A DNA stretch of 64,000 nucleotides. Source: Neocallimastix sp. 'constans' (taxonomy: Eukaryota). The position numbers were made by a program, and so were the translations under genes. Every line of letters starts with the position of its first letter. The first letter of the stretch is position 1. Under the pieces are notes generated by a model, which made no database searches, had not been told where the DNA came from, and saw nothing but the letters and a program-made list of their open reading frames with translations. Positions 23,989 through 39,831 of this stretch are shown here, piece after piece. The stretch spans positions 372,001 to 436,000 of the forward strand of contig JBODTK010000109.1 of the NCBI GenBank assembly GCA_050613775.1. Direction: 5' to 3'.

Positions 23989-24757
23989 TGTAAAGATTTA
24001 ATAAAATCTTTAATAAATTAATTATTACATAATTAATTAATGTAATAAAATTACATAAATTTATGATTTACGTATATGAAAATTAATTATAAATTTATGT
24101 AAACTTTTCATAAAGGAAAAATTATTATTTAAATAATTTTGGATAATAACTTAAATCTAAATAATTTATTTAAGTTAGTTAATTTAGTTTAGTTTATTTA
24201 AAATAGTTATTCTATTTAACTTAGTTAATTTAGTTTAGTTAGTTTAAAATACTTTAAAATTAATTTCGGAATAGTTTTAAATAGTTAAAATTAGTTTAAA
24301 TAGTTTACAAAAATAGTTTTGAATTGTAAATATATAAACATTAGTATTAATAATATTTATATAATAAATATATAATAAATGAGTTGTTATTGAATTTAAT
24401 TATTATTGTAAATAAGTTGAAAGTTTATTAAATTAATTATTGTTTAGTTTAGTTAATTATTATTTAATAAAATTATTAATAAATATTTTGTTTATAAATA
24501 AATAGTAATATATGTAAATTAGATAGAAATAATATATTATAATGTAATAATGAAAAAATATAAATACATGTAAATTTCTATAATTAAATCGATGTATTAG
24601 TTATTGACTATATGATAGTTAATAACAAAAAAGAGATTTAATTTTTTTAATTAATAAAGATTATTTTATTTAAAAAAACGAATTTTTATTACGTGTTTTT
24701 TTTATTTTTGTGTTAAAATTTGTTATTTGTAATCTGTTTCTGATAGAACTCTTTACA
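23989..24757 (+). repeat. 3' LTR (769 bp)
   Basis: Copy of the 5' LTR; the only difference I saw is T8 versus T7 after ACGTG. Confidence 0.97.
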
Positions 24758-24762
24758 CTAAG

Positions 24763-25660
24763 ATGATTAATAAAATAAATTATATAGTTTACTCTTTCTT
24801 TAGATTTTAATTAATAGGAATTTACCTTTCTACTTTTAAACTCGTATTATAGTTTCTTTTGTCCTTACTATACAATTATATTAGTATCTAATAGAACACT
24901 GAAAAAGCTCATACTGCTTTTAATTGAGAATTGTTTTGTAGTTTTGGGTTTTTTTAAAAAAAAGACCTCCAATATTACAATATATAATATATCTAATGAA
25001 CTATATATGTCTCCTATAGATAGTTTTTATACTAAGGTGAGGATTCAATTCTTTAAAAAATGGAAAGAGTTTTCACATATTATTTTTCATTTAATTAAAA
25101 ATGTAACAGCACTTTCACATTATTCATGAATGAAAAAAGTACATAGATTAACAATATACAAAAGCATTATTAAACTTCTGGATAAATACGGAAGTTTTAC
25201 TTGGAAAATATTCATTATACAAGTACTCCTTGTGATTACAACAATTGAATATAAGAAGTTTAAATTTAGTTTTAAAAAAATTAATTCAACGTCTATCTCT
25301 AAAATATTCACAATTTTCTGATTGTTCATGAGAAATCTTTGAACATTCCTGATGACAAAGAGGAAGATTTTGATGATAATATTAATTTTTTAGGTTCTTT
25401 GTCTCCTTCTTAGTGGAAATGCACTTCATAAAATCTTAAAGATCGGTTCGGGTGAAGGAAGGTATTATATTAATAATATATTTCAATCACCTTTGAGAGA
25501 GTCTTCTTTCCCGACTTAATATTTTTTGAGGCTTGAGAAATTTCTTTCTAATGTTATGCCTATTGTGATTAGTGGTTTTTACATTATAATCAATTTGTAT
25601 ACCATTAGATCTACCAAGAGTGTCGACGTCGAATCGATAAGGCAAAGAAGAAATTCAAGA
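24763..25660 (+). pseudogene. LINE remnant, 3' part
   Basis: Continues the 5' part across the TSD as LESIIAK|MINKINYIVYSFFRF. Later pieces LLLSGNA, EKFLSNVMPIV and TKSVDVESIRQRRN match the other LINE fragments. Confidence 0.75.
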
Positions 25661-28600
25661 TTTATTTTAATTTGTTAAACTCTATCTTGTTATTTTTTTA
25701 TTAAGATTTATAAAATTTAATTTATTTTCCTTTTTTCATTATTATATAATGATAATTTTTAAAAAGTTTAATTTTTTCTTTCCATTTTTCATTATTAACA
25801 TTTAGATAAATTTTAAATTTTTTTTTTTTTTTTTTTTTTTTTAAAAATTTTCTTGATTTGATGGAAAATTTTTTTAGTATATAATTATAATTTATTTGTA
25901 GATGATTCTAATTTTATATATTTTTTATTAAGTATTTTTTGAAACACTATTTTATTTGATGCAAAAGAATTTTATAATATAAATATAATATTACATCATC
26001 TAAACTTTTTTTATATATATAATTTTTATTTTTAAATAAAATTAATATATATAAATTTAATATTAATACTGTTTATATATGTTTAAAATATAAAATGAAT
26101 TAGAACTCCGTATTTGATTGACAATACCTCAGAGATCACACATATAAAATCAGAACTTTTTCTATGTTATTTTTGGATAATATTAAACTTAATTGTCTGG
26201 TGATAGGATATGAACTCCTTCATTTTATTATTTCCAATAATAAAATAGTCCTAGTTTAAATTTAATTTTTTACTAATTATTATCAATATTTACTAATAAA
26301 TTTTATTAATAAGTTTAAAGTATATTCTCTTCATAGTCAAAAAAAAAAATTCTAATAAATTTAAAATATTATATTTTAAATTTCTTAAACTTATTTTTTA
26401 AAAACAAAAACAAAAACAAAAAAAAAAAAGTCAAAATATTCAATTCGTAAACCATTATATGTAGTAACACAGCAACACTTTTTTAATATTTCTTTAGTCT
26501 TTTTTATAATAAGCTTTTCCTTGTACATATCGCTTTATATAATTCTTAATAATGGTCACAACCATTACATTGTTCTTCATTATTTAATATAACATTTAAA
26601 TTATTGGTTAATTTTAATATTTTTATTTTGTTATAATTCTAACACACATATCGTTTATCCTTATTATTTTAATCTTTTTTAAATATTTTATTATAAATTT
26701 ACAAATTTATATAATATTTAATCAATTCAATTAGTATTATAATTTTATTTTATAAATAATAATATAGATAAATATATTTTAATGTAAAATACATAATATT
26801 TTATAGTTGATTTTACAACTTTTTTGAGAAACTTTTTTTTTTATTAATTAATTCTGAAAATCTAATTTTTATTATATAATATTTATATTTATATTATAAT
26901 TTTTATAATTCTACTAATTATAATTTCTAATTAACATAAAATATAATATTAAAAAATATTATTATAATTTATAATTAATTAATATTATTAATAATATTAT
27001 AATGTTATTAATATAAAACTATTATATTATTTGAAATATTATAAAATTTTTAATTATTGAAATTTCTTAATATATTTATTATTTTTATTTATTATTAAAA
27101 TAATTATTAATAATTATTTTATTCATACTTTAAAACCTTTTATAATATTTTAAATAGTATAAAGGATTGGCTTTTTTAAAGAAAATCAGCTGATATAAAA
27201 ATAAAATCCTTTATCAGAAACAGAAAAGAAGAAAAGAATTTTGTATGCTTAATATTAGAAGTACTCAAGAAAAAATATCATTAAAAAGAAATCAATGAAG
27301 TACCAAAACATTTCAGAAGGTTAGAAAGTATGAAAGCCGAAAATGATAAATAAATCTTTTGGAATACATTAAGGAATTTTAGACATCAAACAAAAGTTAC
27401 AAAATAAAAAAAAAATAAATAATAAGCTTATTAAACTCTCTCTTTAAAGGACTCCCAGAGAAACAAATAGATTTTTTAGGAAATTAAGTACACTATTTCT
27501 GATGATGCTAATAAAATATTATATTAGAAAATATGAAGAACCAAATTAGATAAAATATAGAAAGTATAATTTTAATAATAAATAAAATAGTTATGAAAAA
27601 TAATAATTACTAATTATTAATTGTTATTATTAATTTTTTTATTAATTATTATTTAAACGAAATACACTTTTTATGATAAATATATTTTGTATATTTTGTA
27701 TTAGATAAAATCAAAATTTTATCAATGTTTTTTAGATATTATTAGACATGATGGTCCGATGACAAAATTTGAAATTTGAAACCCCTAAATTCTGATCTCA
27801 TTTATAACATACTCTTAGTTTAAAATAGGTTTTTATCAATAATTATTTAATTATTATTATTATTATTATTATTATTTTTTTTTTTTTTTTAATTTATATA
27901 TTATATATTATTTTAATTTTTGTACATACTTTTTCTCCAATTCATTATATACTATAAATAATAGAAAAAAATAATTTATTTGAAAATATTTATATAAATA
28001 TATATTCGAATTAATGATTATTGTTGTTACAATATAATTTCATATAAAAGTTATTTTGTATTTACTCTATTAATATAAACTTAGAACTGAAATATGATGT
28101 AAATTATAAAATAAAAATAATTAAAAATAATAATTTAATAAGCAATAAACAAAAATAAGAATAATCGTTTAAATAAATTATTAAATCTTTTCTATATCAA
28201 AAGATAAATCTAACAATACCTTTTTAGTTTTAATGATTAAAGTATTTACATTGAAGATAAAATGCTATAATTAATCATTTAAATTAATCCTTTTTATATA
28301 TATTATTCGAAATTTTAAATTTTAATATGAATTTAATATAAAAATATTAAATTTTAATTTAAATGAAGAATTCCTTTTTTTTTTATATTATATATTAAAT
28401 AACAGTAATTAATTAGTTAATTAATTTTTATTATTAAAGTTGGCCGTTAAATTTTTTTTTTTTTATTAATAAATTAAAAATTCATGATATTAATCATAAT
28501 AAAAATTTTAATAAAATATATTTTGAAATTAATAGTGAATAATTCTTATAATTACTAGAGATAATAATAATATATAAAGTTTGAAGTTTGATTATTAATT

Positions 28601-30397
28601 ATAGAGTATTATTAATTATTGCTATTTTATTTTTGTAATTAGAATTTTATCTTTTTAAAATTATTACTTTTTTTTTAATTATTATTTATGATTTATAAAT
28701 AAAACAATTTTTATTTATATTTTTTATTTATAAATTTAGAACTTAAAAACTGAGTAAATCTTTTTTTCTAAAAGTAAAAAATATTAATTGAAATTATTTT
28801 ACATAGCAAGAAGTTCTTTTTTATTGATATTATATTAAAAAATAATTTTTGATATTTCAGAATTCAAATATGTATATATATATATATTATTTTTAAAATA
28901 AAAATTAAAATATTAAATTAAAAAATTTTTAATATTTTTTTTTTTCCTTTTTAATTTAAAATATAAATTAATAAAAGATGAAAAAAATATATTAAATTAA
29001 AAATATTATTGAAAAATTTAATAGTCCATTTGAAAAATATTATCAGAAATTAATTATAATAATATGAATCAAACTTTTTTTTTTTATATATTTTTCACCA
29101 ATACTCTTATGAATGTTAATTGTATAAAAAATTAATATTAAATATAACTCTAATTATTCTTTTCTTTTTCTATATATATTATTATTACTATAGTAAGTGT
29201 TTTTAAATTGTATATATATGTTTAAGATCAAATAAATAAAAAAAATATATATATATATATATATTATATAAAAGAGGTAAAAAAAATAATATTAATAAAA
29301 AAAAAAGTTATTCTATTTATATAAGCAATTTAAAAGAATTAATTTCCATTTAAATATTCTTCAAAAAGTTTTCATTTTCATTTTAGTGATTTTTTATTAT
29401 TTCCGATTTTTATATTTTATTTTTATTATATAATGTATAATATATGTTTTTTCTATAACAAATATTTTAAAATTATCTAATAGATATGGATAAATTCATT
29501 CATAATAATAATTATAATTATGATAATATTATGAAAAAATAAATAATAAAATAATGATCAATAATAAAGAATATGAAAGCTATTATTATTATCACACTTT
29601 CAAAATGATAATCTTTTCTTTTTATTATTATTATTTTTGTCATTATATAATTATCAATATAAATTAAATAATACTTTATAGTATAAAACGTTAAATAGAA
29701 TATAATTTAACATTAAAATAATAAAATTTATTATGAAATAATTTTATATGAATATAAAAATATTTACTTTCCTTTATTATTAAGAATGTACATATAATTA
29801 TTTTGAATATGAAAAAAATTTTTTCGCTGTTCATGTTGAATAGTTTATTATTTAACAGTTAAGTATTACTAAAATTTTAATATCTAATATGAATTTATTA
29901 TTATTATTTATCAATGATTTATAAATTATAGTTTTAACTTTATCTTGTTTATTATATTTAATTCCATAAATTATAAACTATATTAAATACATTAATAAAT
30001 AAGAATAAGTAGAAAGTGGCTTTAATAAAAAAAATAAAAAATTTCAATATTCATTATTTCTTTATGTTAAAATTTCATTGCCTCAAACTTTATTACATAC
30101 AGTTAGATAATATTATTATTTATTTTATCATCAATTTTAAAAATTTCAAAAAGTATATTCTTTTTATCATATATTTATTAAACTTCACATATCTAAATTC
30201 AATATTTTATATGTAGAAAAGAAATATATTAACAATATTCAGATAATAAACTCAATAAATTCTATTATATAAATTAGATATATTGTACAACCTTTGAATT
30301 ACATTTAAACTTTTTATATTTATCAATCAAAAATAGAATTTTTTATTTTTGCTATAATGATTGGTTAAAGGTATATGTGTATATAAATACATTGCTT

Positions 30398-30436
<39 letters not shown>

Positions 30437-30796
30437 TCTTGAAGAATAAAATAACTTCATTTAAATTGTGTTAGGTAGAACAATTATTTAATTCAAGTAT
30501 TTTATAAGTGGGTATAGGGTATGGTTATAATAAAATATATATATATATATATATATTATTACAAAAATTGAATTTTTTAAAATTATACTAATTTTAAAAT
30601 CAATATTAGATAGTTTGAAAAAAATAATACAAATAATTATGAATTATGACTTAATTTGTACATCATAATGAAAAGTAATACAACAACTTATTTAATATTT
30701 ACAACAATGTATTCTCAACAATTACAATTTAAACGAACAAACAGTAATTTCTTTATATATTTATTTTATATTATGCTTTTATATAATTAACATTAT

Positions 30797-30827
<31 letters not shown>

Positions 30828-31360
30828 ATATACAAAAAGATGTTTATTTTTTTCTGACCCATTTAACTATCTTAACGTAGTTTTTTTTTTTTATATCAAA
30901 TTTACAATAAAAAAAAATATATATATATATATAAAATAAAAATAAAAATTATAAATATTAAATATATACTACTTATAATTTATTCTTAATTATTGAGTTG
31001 TAATAATTATTATTATTAATAAAATACCTTAAATATAAAATACCTTAAATATACTTTAATTTATGAATATATTTTAATTAAACCGATATAAATAATTACT
31101 ATTTAAATATTTAATTATACTAATATAAGAACATTAAATATTAAAATCATTAATGAAAAATACATATATATTAATTTGAAATAATTTAATTAATTATCAT
31201 ATTGTAGTACATAAAATTCAATAAAATCGATTATGTATATATTATATTTATTATAATTTTTATTATTATGATAAAATAATATATATAAACTTTTAATTTA
31301 AAATTTAATAAATATATTACAGAACTGTCTTAACTACATAGTAATTTATTAAATATTTAT

Positions 31361-31397
<37 letters not shown>

Positions 31398-32673
31398 TAT
31401 ATATAATTATATATAATTATATTAATTATATCAATTCTTGGTTCTATTAAATAATTCTCTAATTATACTAATAGTTTATTCTATTTTTTATGTAAAACTT
31501 TACACCTATTAATTTAAATATTTTAATTCTATTTAATATATTATAATTAATAATATTCAATTAATTGACTGTTAATAATAATAAAATCTTTTTTTTTTTA
31601 TATTTTAAAAGTTTAAATAAAAATTATATTTAATATTTGTAATTTTTTTAAAAAAATTCTTTTTTTTTATTTTTTATTATTTTTTTTTTAATTTTTTTTT
31701 AACTTCATAAATGGAAAAAAGATTTTAATATTTCTCTATTTATTTATTTTATTATTATATAATTCTTTTTTTTTTTTTTTTAATAAAAAAAAAAATAAAT
31801 AAATAAATTTAAATTACTTTAATTAAAAGTACCATTATCATTTTTTTAAGTTCATTATTCTAATTATTTAATATTTAATAATTTATATATATTTAAAGGA
31901 AGTAAATATTTATTTCTTTTATATATATATATTAAAAGAAGAATAATTTATTTTAAAAAAGAAAGACAAGGAAAAATTTATATATTAATGTATATATATG
32001 TAATCAAAAAGTAATAATCATATTTATTCCATAATAAAAGTATATATAATGTTATTTCAAGTTTATTTATAAGTATAAAAATTTTTAGACTTCTGTAATA
32101 AAAGCAATAATATATATATTAAAATCAATGAATAATAATCAAAGCATATATATATTAAAAAAAAAAAAAAAACTATTTAATAAGTAATTAAACGAAAGCA
32201 AGAATATATCAATTACAAAAATTATTTAATATATATATTTGCAAGATATAGAATATTATCTATTAAAAATTTTTTTTCTATATTTATTTAATAAAATTAA
32301 AATTTCACAATAGCTTATGGTAGAATTTTAGCTAAAATATAAATTAGTTCAATTTAAAAATTAAATTGAAAATAGTAATATATTTTGGAAATAAATTTAA
32401 TTTAAAGAATAGTATATTATTATTAAAATATAACCATAATAATTTGTACGATATAGCCATAATCATTAAAAATAACTAATAGAAAGAAATTAATATTAAA
32501 TAAATATTATAAATAGTTCTTATTAATTAATACTAAGCTATATTAAGCTACACAATTAATATTTATATAGTAAAAAAAAAAAATTTTTTTATAATAAATA
32601 GAAATAGCCTTTTTATTTAAATAGTTTAATATCAAAATATTTTAAATACATTTTAAATAAATAATTATATATA

Positions 32674-35600
32674 ATGGTTCGTGGAAAGAAACCTCAACTC
32701 TCTGCTTCTAAAGAAGATATTAGAGATATAAATCCTTTAACAAATGAAACTATTGTTAATAATCTTAGAGACAGATATAGCAACAATGCTTTATACACTA
32801 GAATAGGGTCAAATCTTATAGTAGCTGTAAATCCGAACCGGCGGACGGATGCTATTACAGAAGAAACTGAAATGGCTTATCTTGAAGATGCAATGGACAC
32901 TTCTAATGAAGGTTCAAAAAAGAAACTTCCACCACATGTTTATGAAATTGCTTCAAAAGCTTATCTTCACTTATGTCGAAATGGAGAAGATCAAAGTATT
33001 ATTTTAAGGTAATTAAAAATTAATTATTGTTGGTGTTTTAAAAAAAAATAAAAAAATAATTAATTAAATAATATAATTTAAAATATAAATAATATATATT
33101 TACTTTTATAAAATACTAAAAATAATTTGAAAATTATTATTATATAATTCTGAAATAAGAAATAAATACTAATAATTTGATTGTAATATGTTATATATAG
33201 AGGTATTTCTGGTAGTGGTAAATCGTTTACTAGAGATATGCTTATTAAATATTTATGTGATCTTAGTAAGGGAAAGAAAAAGTCAAAGATTAGAACTGGT
33301 ATTAAGAACACTTCTGTTATTCTTAATGCTTTTGGTAATTCTAGAACACTTTTAAATCCAGATGCTTCTCGTTACGGTAAATACACTGAAATTCAATATG
33401 ATAATCATGGAAAAATTATTGGTGCCAAACTTTGTGACTATTTATTAGAAAAGAATAGAATTACCGATATTCCAAGTAATGAACGTTCTTACCATATATT
33501 TTACTATTTATTTGCTGGTGCATCAGTCGAAGAAAAAAATTATTGGAGATTAGGTGAAGCAACCAACTATAATTACATAGGTGATCAACGTTCACTTCAA
33601 GCGGATGATGAAAATAAATTCAAGGAGTTAACTGCTGCGATGAAAACTGTTGGTATCGGAAGAAGTGCTCAAAATCAAATTTTTCAACTTTTAACTGCAA
33701 TTCTTCAACTTGGTAACTTACAATTCATTGATTCAGGTGATATGACTCAAGAGCCATGTCAAATCAAAAATCTTGATGTACTAGAAGTTATTGCTGAAAC
33801 TCTTGGTATTCATCCAAGAAATCTTGAAACTGTTTTAACATACAAAACTATGTATATTAAACGAGAACTTTGTTCTGTGTTTTTAAATGCAGAGACAGCA
33901 ATTATACAACGTGATTCTCTTGCTAAATGTCTTTATTCTCTCCTTTTCCGTTGGATTGTCGAACATATTAATAATCGTTTATGTAAGTCTGAAGAAGAAA
34001 CAGCTAATTTCATTGGTATTACAGATTTCCCAGGTTTCCAAAATAAAAAGGATAATCAACTTCAAGAATTATTATCTCACTATATGAATGAGCATACTAA
34101 TCAGTTCATTAATCAACAAATCTTTGAAATTCCATTAAGTGATTACAAAAGTCAAAATATTAAAGTTCAAGAATACAACTATATTCCAAATAATGAAATT
34201 ATTCAATTATATGAAAGATCAGATGGTATAATAACTGTATTAGATAGTGAATGTAATCGTACTCGAAAAAACCAAGATCGCCTTTTAGGAAAGATTAATG
34301 CTTTAGCTGAAAATTCATCAATTTTACATCCTTCTAGAAATGGATTTACTATTCAGCATTATGAAGGTGATGTTACTTATAATGTTGAAGATTTACTTGA
34401 ATCTAATATGGATAGTATGAATTCTGACTTTGTTTCTTTAATTCGTGGTAGTGGTGAAATGCCAGAATCTAATAATGAATTTATTAAAAGTATTTTCTCT
34501 GATAAAGCTGTTACAACTCAAACTCTTAAGAATTCTGGTAATAATATTGTTGATGCGCAACAATCTAAACTTCCATCTCGTTCTCCATCTACTAAACGTA
34601 AACAAAGAAAACTTGAAAAAAAGAAGCAAACTGAAGTTATTCCAACTGTTGGTAGTCATTTGACCATGACAATGAATGAATTATTTGAATCTCTTTCAGA
34701 AACTAATCCATGGTTTGTTATGTGTATAAAACCAAATGAAGATTTGAAATCGTATAAATTCAATGTTGACTTTGTTCAAGAACAAGTTCAAATGTATGGA
34801 TTTGAAGATATTACAAAAATTCGTCAAGATTATGATTATACATCTTACTTCACTTTCGATGAATTTTTAGAAATTTTCGAACCAATTGTTGAATCACTTC
34901 AGCTTCCAAATTATAATCCAAGAAGCAAATGTATTTCCTTTGTTAATGTCTTTAAATGGGGACCACAAGATGTATTGGTTGGTCAAGATAAACTTTTTGT
35001 ATCTGAGGAAGCTTGGAGAAGCTTAGATAATGAAGTTAGGGCTATTGAAGATGCAATGAAACCAAATAAGAAAAAAACAAATCGTCTTTCAGAAGATTTC
35101 CATGGTGATCCTAACAGTCGTTCTGGTTTAATAGAAGGCTATTCTGAAGCTTCTTCATTCCATGATAATGGTGAATATAGTGAAGATGAAATTCTTACTG
35201 AAGATAATATGTCTCAATTTGAATCTGAATATCATTATACTGAACAAGATTCTGGAGCTGTTGTTGATGGCTTAAGAGAAAATAAGGGTGAAGGTGATGC
35301 TCATGCTACTGTAGAAGAAGAAGAAGAAGACGAAAGTAGTGAAGAAGAAGAAGTAGAAAAGACTACATTAGCGCGTAAGCAATGGGTTTGCTTTACTTGG
35401 TCTGTTACCTGGTGTTATTTCCCATTTTGTCTTTCCACTTGTGGTGGTATGAAACTTAAAGAAATTCAAATGGCATGGCGTGAAAAGGTTGCTCTCTGTA
35501 TCATTATTGGTTTATTGAGTGCTTCTATTATTTTTTATATTGTTGGTCTTGGTCAAATTATTTGTCCAAAACAAAATGTTATGACCAGAGAAGAACTTTC

Positions 35601-38379
35601 CAGATATGATGATATGAAAAAGGCATACATTGGTTTACATGGTCGTTACTTAGATGTAACAGAATTTCTTCAAAAGCCATCTCATGCTATTTACGCAAAA
35701 GATTATGATAACTTCGCAGATTATATTGGTAAAGATTTAACTTATATGTTCTATTCTCCACTTGATTTATGGGGTGTTTCCTATTGTGTTGGTGTTGGTA
35801 GTAGTCCACGTGATAATAATATGCAATGGGATTATATCTATGGTGATAAAACAACATCTAGTCAACGTAAAAACTTTGAAACTAGAGTTGAATCTGGAAA
35901 TGAATATCTTCATCGTGTCTATAATCCAAATAGTGATGGTAGTGGTCCTTCTGGTATGCGTAAAGATTATGTACACTATTTAATTAAGGAATATTTCAAA
36001 GGTTTCCTTGTCACATCAAAAAATTCAATTAAGCCAAATTCTGATAATGAAAGTAATGTAAAATACGTTGTTATTTATGATAATGTCTATGATATTACAA
36101 ACTATGGTAGTGCAAACAACTTTTTAGGTCAATTTTATAATGAAGTATTAACAGAGCCATCTCGTGATGTTACCAGTCTTTATGAAAAGTATGCTAAAAA
36201 AGTTAAAGCAAATCCTAATGCTGAAGGTTACTATCCGGCTGAAGCTTGTCTTCAATGTATGAAAGATATCTTCTTTTATGCTAAGATTGACCATCGTAAT
36301 GATCTACGTTGTCAGTTAACCAATTACATTCTGTTAATTGGTTCTATTATTTTAGTTAGTGTTATTGGTGTTAAGTTCTTAGCCGCTCTTCGTTTCGGAG
36401 GTAAAAGAGATCCTGAAGAGTACGACAAGTTTGTTATCTGTCAAGTTCCTTGTTATACTGAAGACGATGAATCACTTCGTAAAACAATTGATTCACTTTC
36501 AACAATGCAATATGATGACAAACGTAAGCTCCTATTTATTATTGCTGATGGTATGATTATTGGTAGTGGTAACGATCGTCCAACTCCACGTATTGTATTG
36601 GATATTCTTGGTGTAGATGCAAGTGTTGATCCAGAAGCTTTTGCTTTCCATTCTATTGGTGAAGGACCACTTGAATATAATATGGGTAAGGTATACTCTG
36701 GTCTTTATGAATGTAAAGGTAGATCTGTACCATTTATTGTTGTAGTTAAGGTTGGTAGTCCAAGTGAACGTTCAAAACCAGGTAATCGTGGTAAACGTGA
36801 TTCTCAAATGATTTTAATGCGTTTCCTTTCTAAAGTACACTTTAATTCTGAAATGACTCCACTTGAATTAGAAATTTATCATCAAATGAAGAATGTTATT
36901 GGTGTTAATCCAAGTTTCTATGAATACGTTTTGATGGTTGATGCTGATACAAGAGTTATGAAGGATTCTTTAAACCGTATGGTCGCTTGTATGATTCACG
37001 ATTCAAAAATTATGGGTATTTGTGGTGAAACTAAATTAGAATCTGAAAAGAAGAGTTGGGTAACTATGATTCAAGTTTACGAATATTTTATTTCTCATCA
37101 TTTATCAAAGGCCTTCGAATCTTTATTCGGTTCTGTTACTTGTTTACCAGGTTGTTTCTCAATGTATCGTGTTCGTACACCAACTCGTCATATTCCATTA
37201 TTAATTAGTCCAGATATTATTAACGATTATTCCGAAAAGAAGGTAGATACTCTTCACAAGAAGAATCTTTTATCTCTTGGGGAAGATCGTTACTTAACTA
37301 CTCTGATGTTAAAGCACTTCCCTAACTTAAAATTAACCTTTACTCCAGATGCAATTTGTAAGACTAATGTACCTGACCGTTTTAGCGTTCTTTTATCTCA
37401 ACGTCGTCGTTGGATTAACTCTACTGTTCATAATTTAATTGAATTGTTATTCTTACCTCAACTTTGTGGTTTCTTATGTTTTTCACTTCGTTTTGTTGTA
37501 TTCCTTGATTTATTTGCCACCTTAACTCAACCAGCCACCATCATTTATTTAATTTACTTAGTTTATGTTGTTATTGCAAAGGGTGAAGAATTACCAATTC
37601 TTTCATTATTACTTTTAATAGCGATGTATGGTTTCCAAATTATTATTTTCTTAATAAAGAAACAATGGCAACATGTTGGTTGGATGATTATCTATATTTT
37701 GGCTTTACCACTTTATGGTTTCTATATTCCTCTCTATTCGTTCTGGCACTTTGATGATTTCTCATGGGGTAACACTCGTGTGGTCCTAGAACGTAAAATG
37801 CGTAAGAAGGGTAAGAAAGGTGATATTGAAATTTATGATCCAAAGAAAATTCCAATGAAAAAATGGGAAGATTATGAACGTGAATTATATGAACAACAAG
37901 AATCATCAAAAGATTCTCGTGCTTCAGACTTTAGTAAAAATTCATTCCCTAATGCCCCATCATCTTATGCCTCTTCAGTTCCAGCTCTTCCACCACAGTA
38001 TGATAATAATTATGCTCCATCCATGCCAGCAGGCAGTGTTTATGGTGGTGATATACCAAATTCATACTATACAGGTTCTGTTTATGCAGCTAGCGCCTAC
38101 CAACCAAGTACTCCTGCTCCATATAATTCAATGTATCAAAATCAAACAACTATGCCATATCCAAATAATTCATTATATAGTAGTAGACCAAGTGGTGTTA
38201 TGCCATCTGATGAGGAAATTGTTCGTGAAATTCGACAAATATTATCTACTGCCGATTTAATGAATATAACGAAAAAACAAGTTCGTGAACAATTAACTGC
38301 CTACTTCAATGTAGATATGTCGTCAAAGAAAAGTTATATTAATTCTGTAATTGAATCTATTTTAGAAGGTAAAATGTAA
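32674..38379 (+). CDS. Class V chitin synthase with N-terminal myosin motor-like domain; exons 32674-33008 and 33201-38379 (1837 aa)
   Basis: Splicing a GT..AG intron (33009-33200) restores the P-loop QSIILRGISGSGKS. Also switch motifs ASRYGKY and DFPGF, cytochrome-b5-like segments, GT2 motifs DADT, LGEDRYL and QRRRW, TM helices and a C-terminal DEK-like domain. Confidence 0.95.
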
Positions 38380-39831
38380 AAATAGAGAGGATTTCTAGAA
38401 AAAAAAATAATAATTATATTTTAAATTACCAAATTCTAACAGTTATCGATGAATAAATTAAAAATATATATATATATATAATATAAATAATAATTTTATA
38501 CTTTATTTTTATATTGTACCAATTGAGGTTAATTTATTAATGTAATTAATATTATATTACAATGGCATCAAAGAGGAAAAAAAATTCTATCCAAAATATT
38601 TTTTTTTTAGTGTAGGAGTTAAAATAAATATTAATCATATTTATTATTATTTTATTATCATAATTTCTAATCAATAAGAAATCGAATTAATTAATTAACA
38701 AAATAAAAAAAAAAATTTTTTTTTTATTAATTTTTTATGTATTATTATTTTATATTATAATTTTATATTATAATTTTTTTAAGTTTAATTATAATTTTTA
38801 TTTTTATTTAAAATAGAAAATAATCGTAATTTTACTTATATCTATTATGAAATATTTTATTTAATTTTTTTTTTTTTTTGTTTTTGTTTTAAAAAAATAA
38901 TAATAAAAAAAAAAAAAAACAATAATAATAAATAATAATAATAATAATTAAGAAACAAGAATTAAAGCTTTAAAATTATGTCAACTTTATTAAAATACCT
39001 TATGATATGGAGTTACTAGCACTTAATTATTCTAAATTATATTCTTTTTATATTAATACACTGTGGTTTATATATTATTTACTTACAATATGCTTCAATA
39101 CATTCGAAACTTATTTTTCATATATTTTTCACATATTTTAACATCCTCTATAAACCTAGTTCTTCAGTAATGAATGAATTAGTTTTCTTGTGAATATAAA
39201 ATTATCTATATAAAATTATCCAATTTTTTAATATTTACTTTATATATTATTAAATTATTAATTATTTCTATTCTAAATTAATTTTTAATTTTACATGAAT
39301 AAAATAATTTTTTATATTATATTAATTCTTTAATTCGATTTAAATATTGTATAAATAAATTTTTAAATACATTTGTAATCTAATAATTACCCCCCCCCCT
39401 TATAAATAAGTATTTAATATAATTGCACCATTAATATCGGATGCATCTAAGACATTTCAAATAATATATAGTTTATATACACCATTTATATGAAAGAAAC
39501 CTTTCTCAAAGATGATATTATGCTATTTTGATTTGTGCGACTATCTCTTATATAATGGATTTTACAGCACATCAATTATAATCCGATTTAAAGATTAGCG
39601 TTAACTTTTATATATTTTGGCTTTGTAATTTTATCGATTACTATTAAAATAAATTACTAATTATATATCAGTGTACTTGATAAATCATAGTTTTTAGGTA
39701 TTAAAATTGATTACATTAATAATTATTTATATTATTCTATCCATTTATGCTTATTAGTAAATAAAGTAAATTGTTTAATAAATTATTAAGATTCAGTATT
39801 TCAGTTAATTTCTTCTTATATATAATGGGTA

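Larger units (their letters stand above)
17388..24757 (+). mobile_element. Full-length Ty3/Gypsy LTR retrotransposon (chromovirus)
   Basis: Two near-identical LTRs, a 5-bp target-site duplication CTAAG (17383-17387 and 24758-24762), a single gag-pol ORF and a PPT. Confidence 0.98.

Noticed and set aside
27160..27560. Coding-like patch, possibly a transposon relic (also about 52600-53300)
   Set aside because: No sustained frame or motif that I could recognise.
33887..38260. Short alternative-frame and antisense ORFs inside the chitin synthase (and likewise inside gag-pol, the esterase and THI6)
   Set aside because: Shadow ORFs with no motifs, overlapping well-supported genes.
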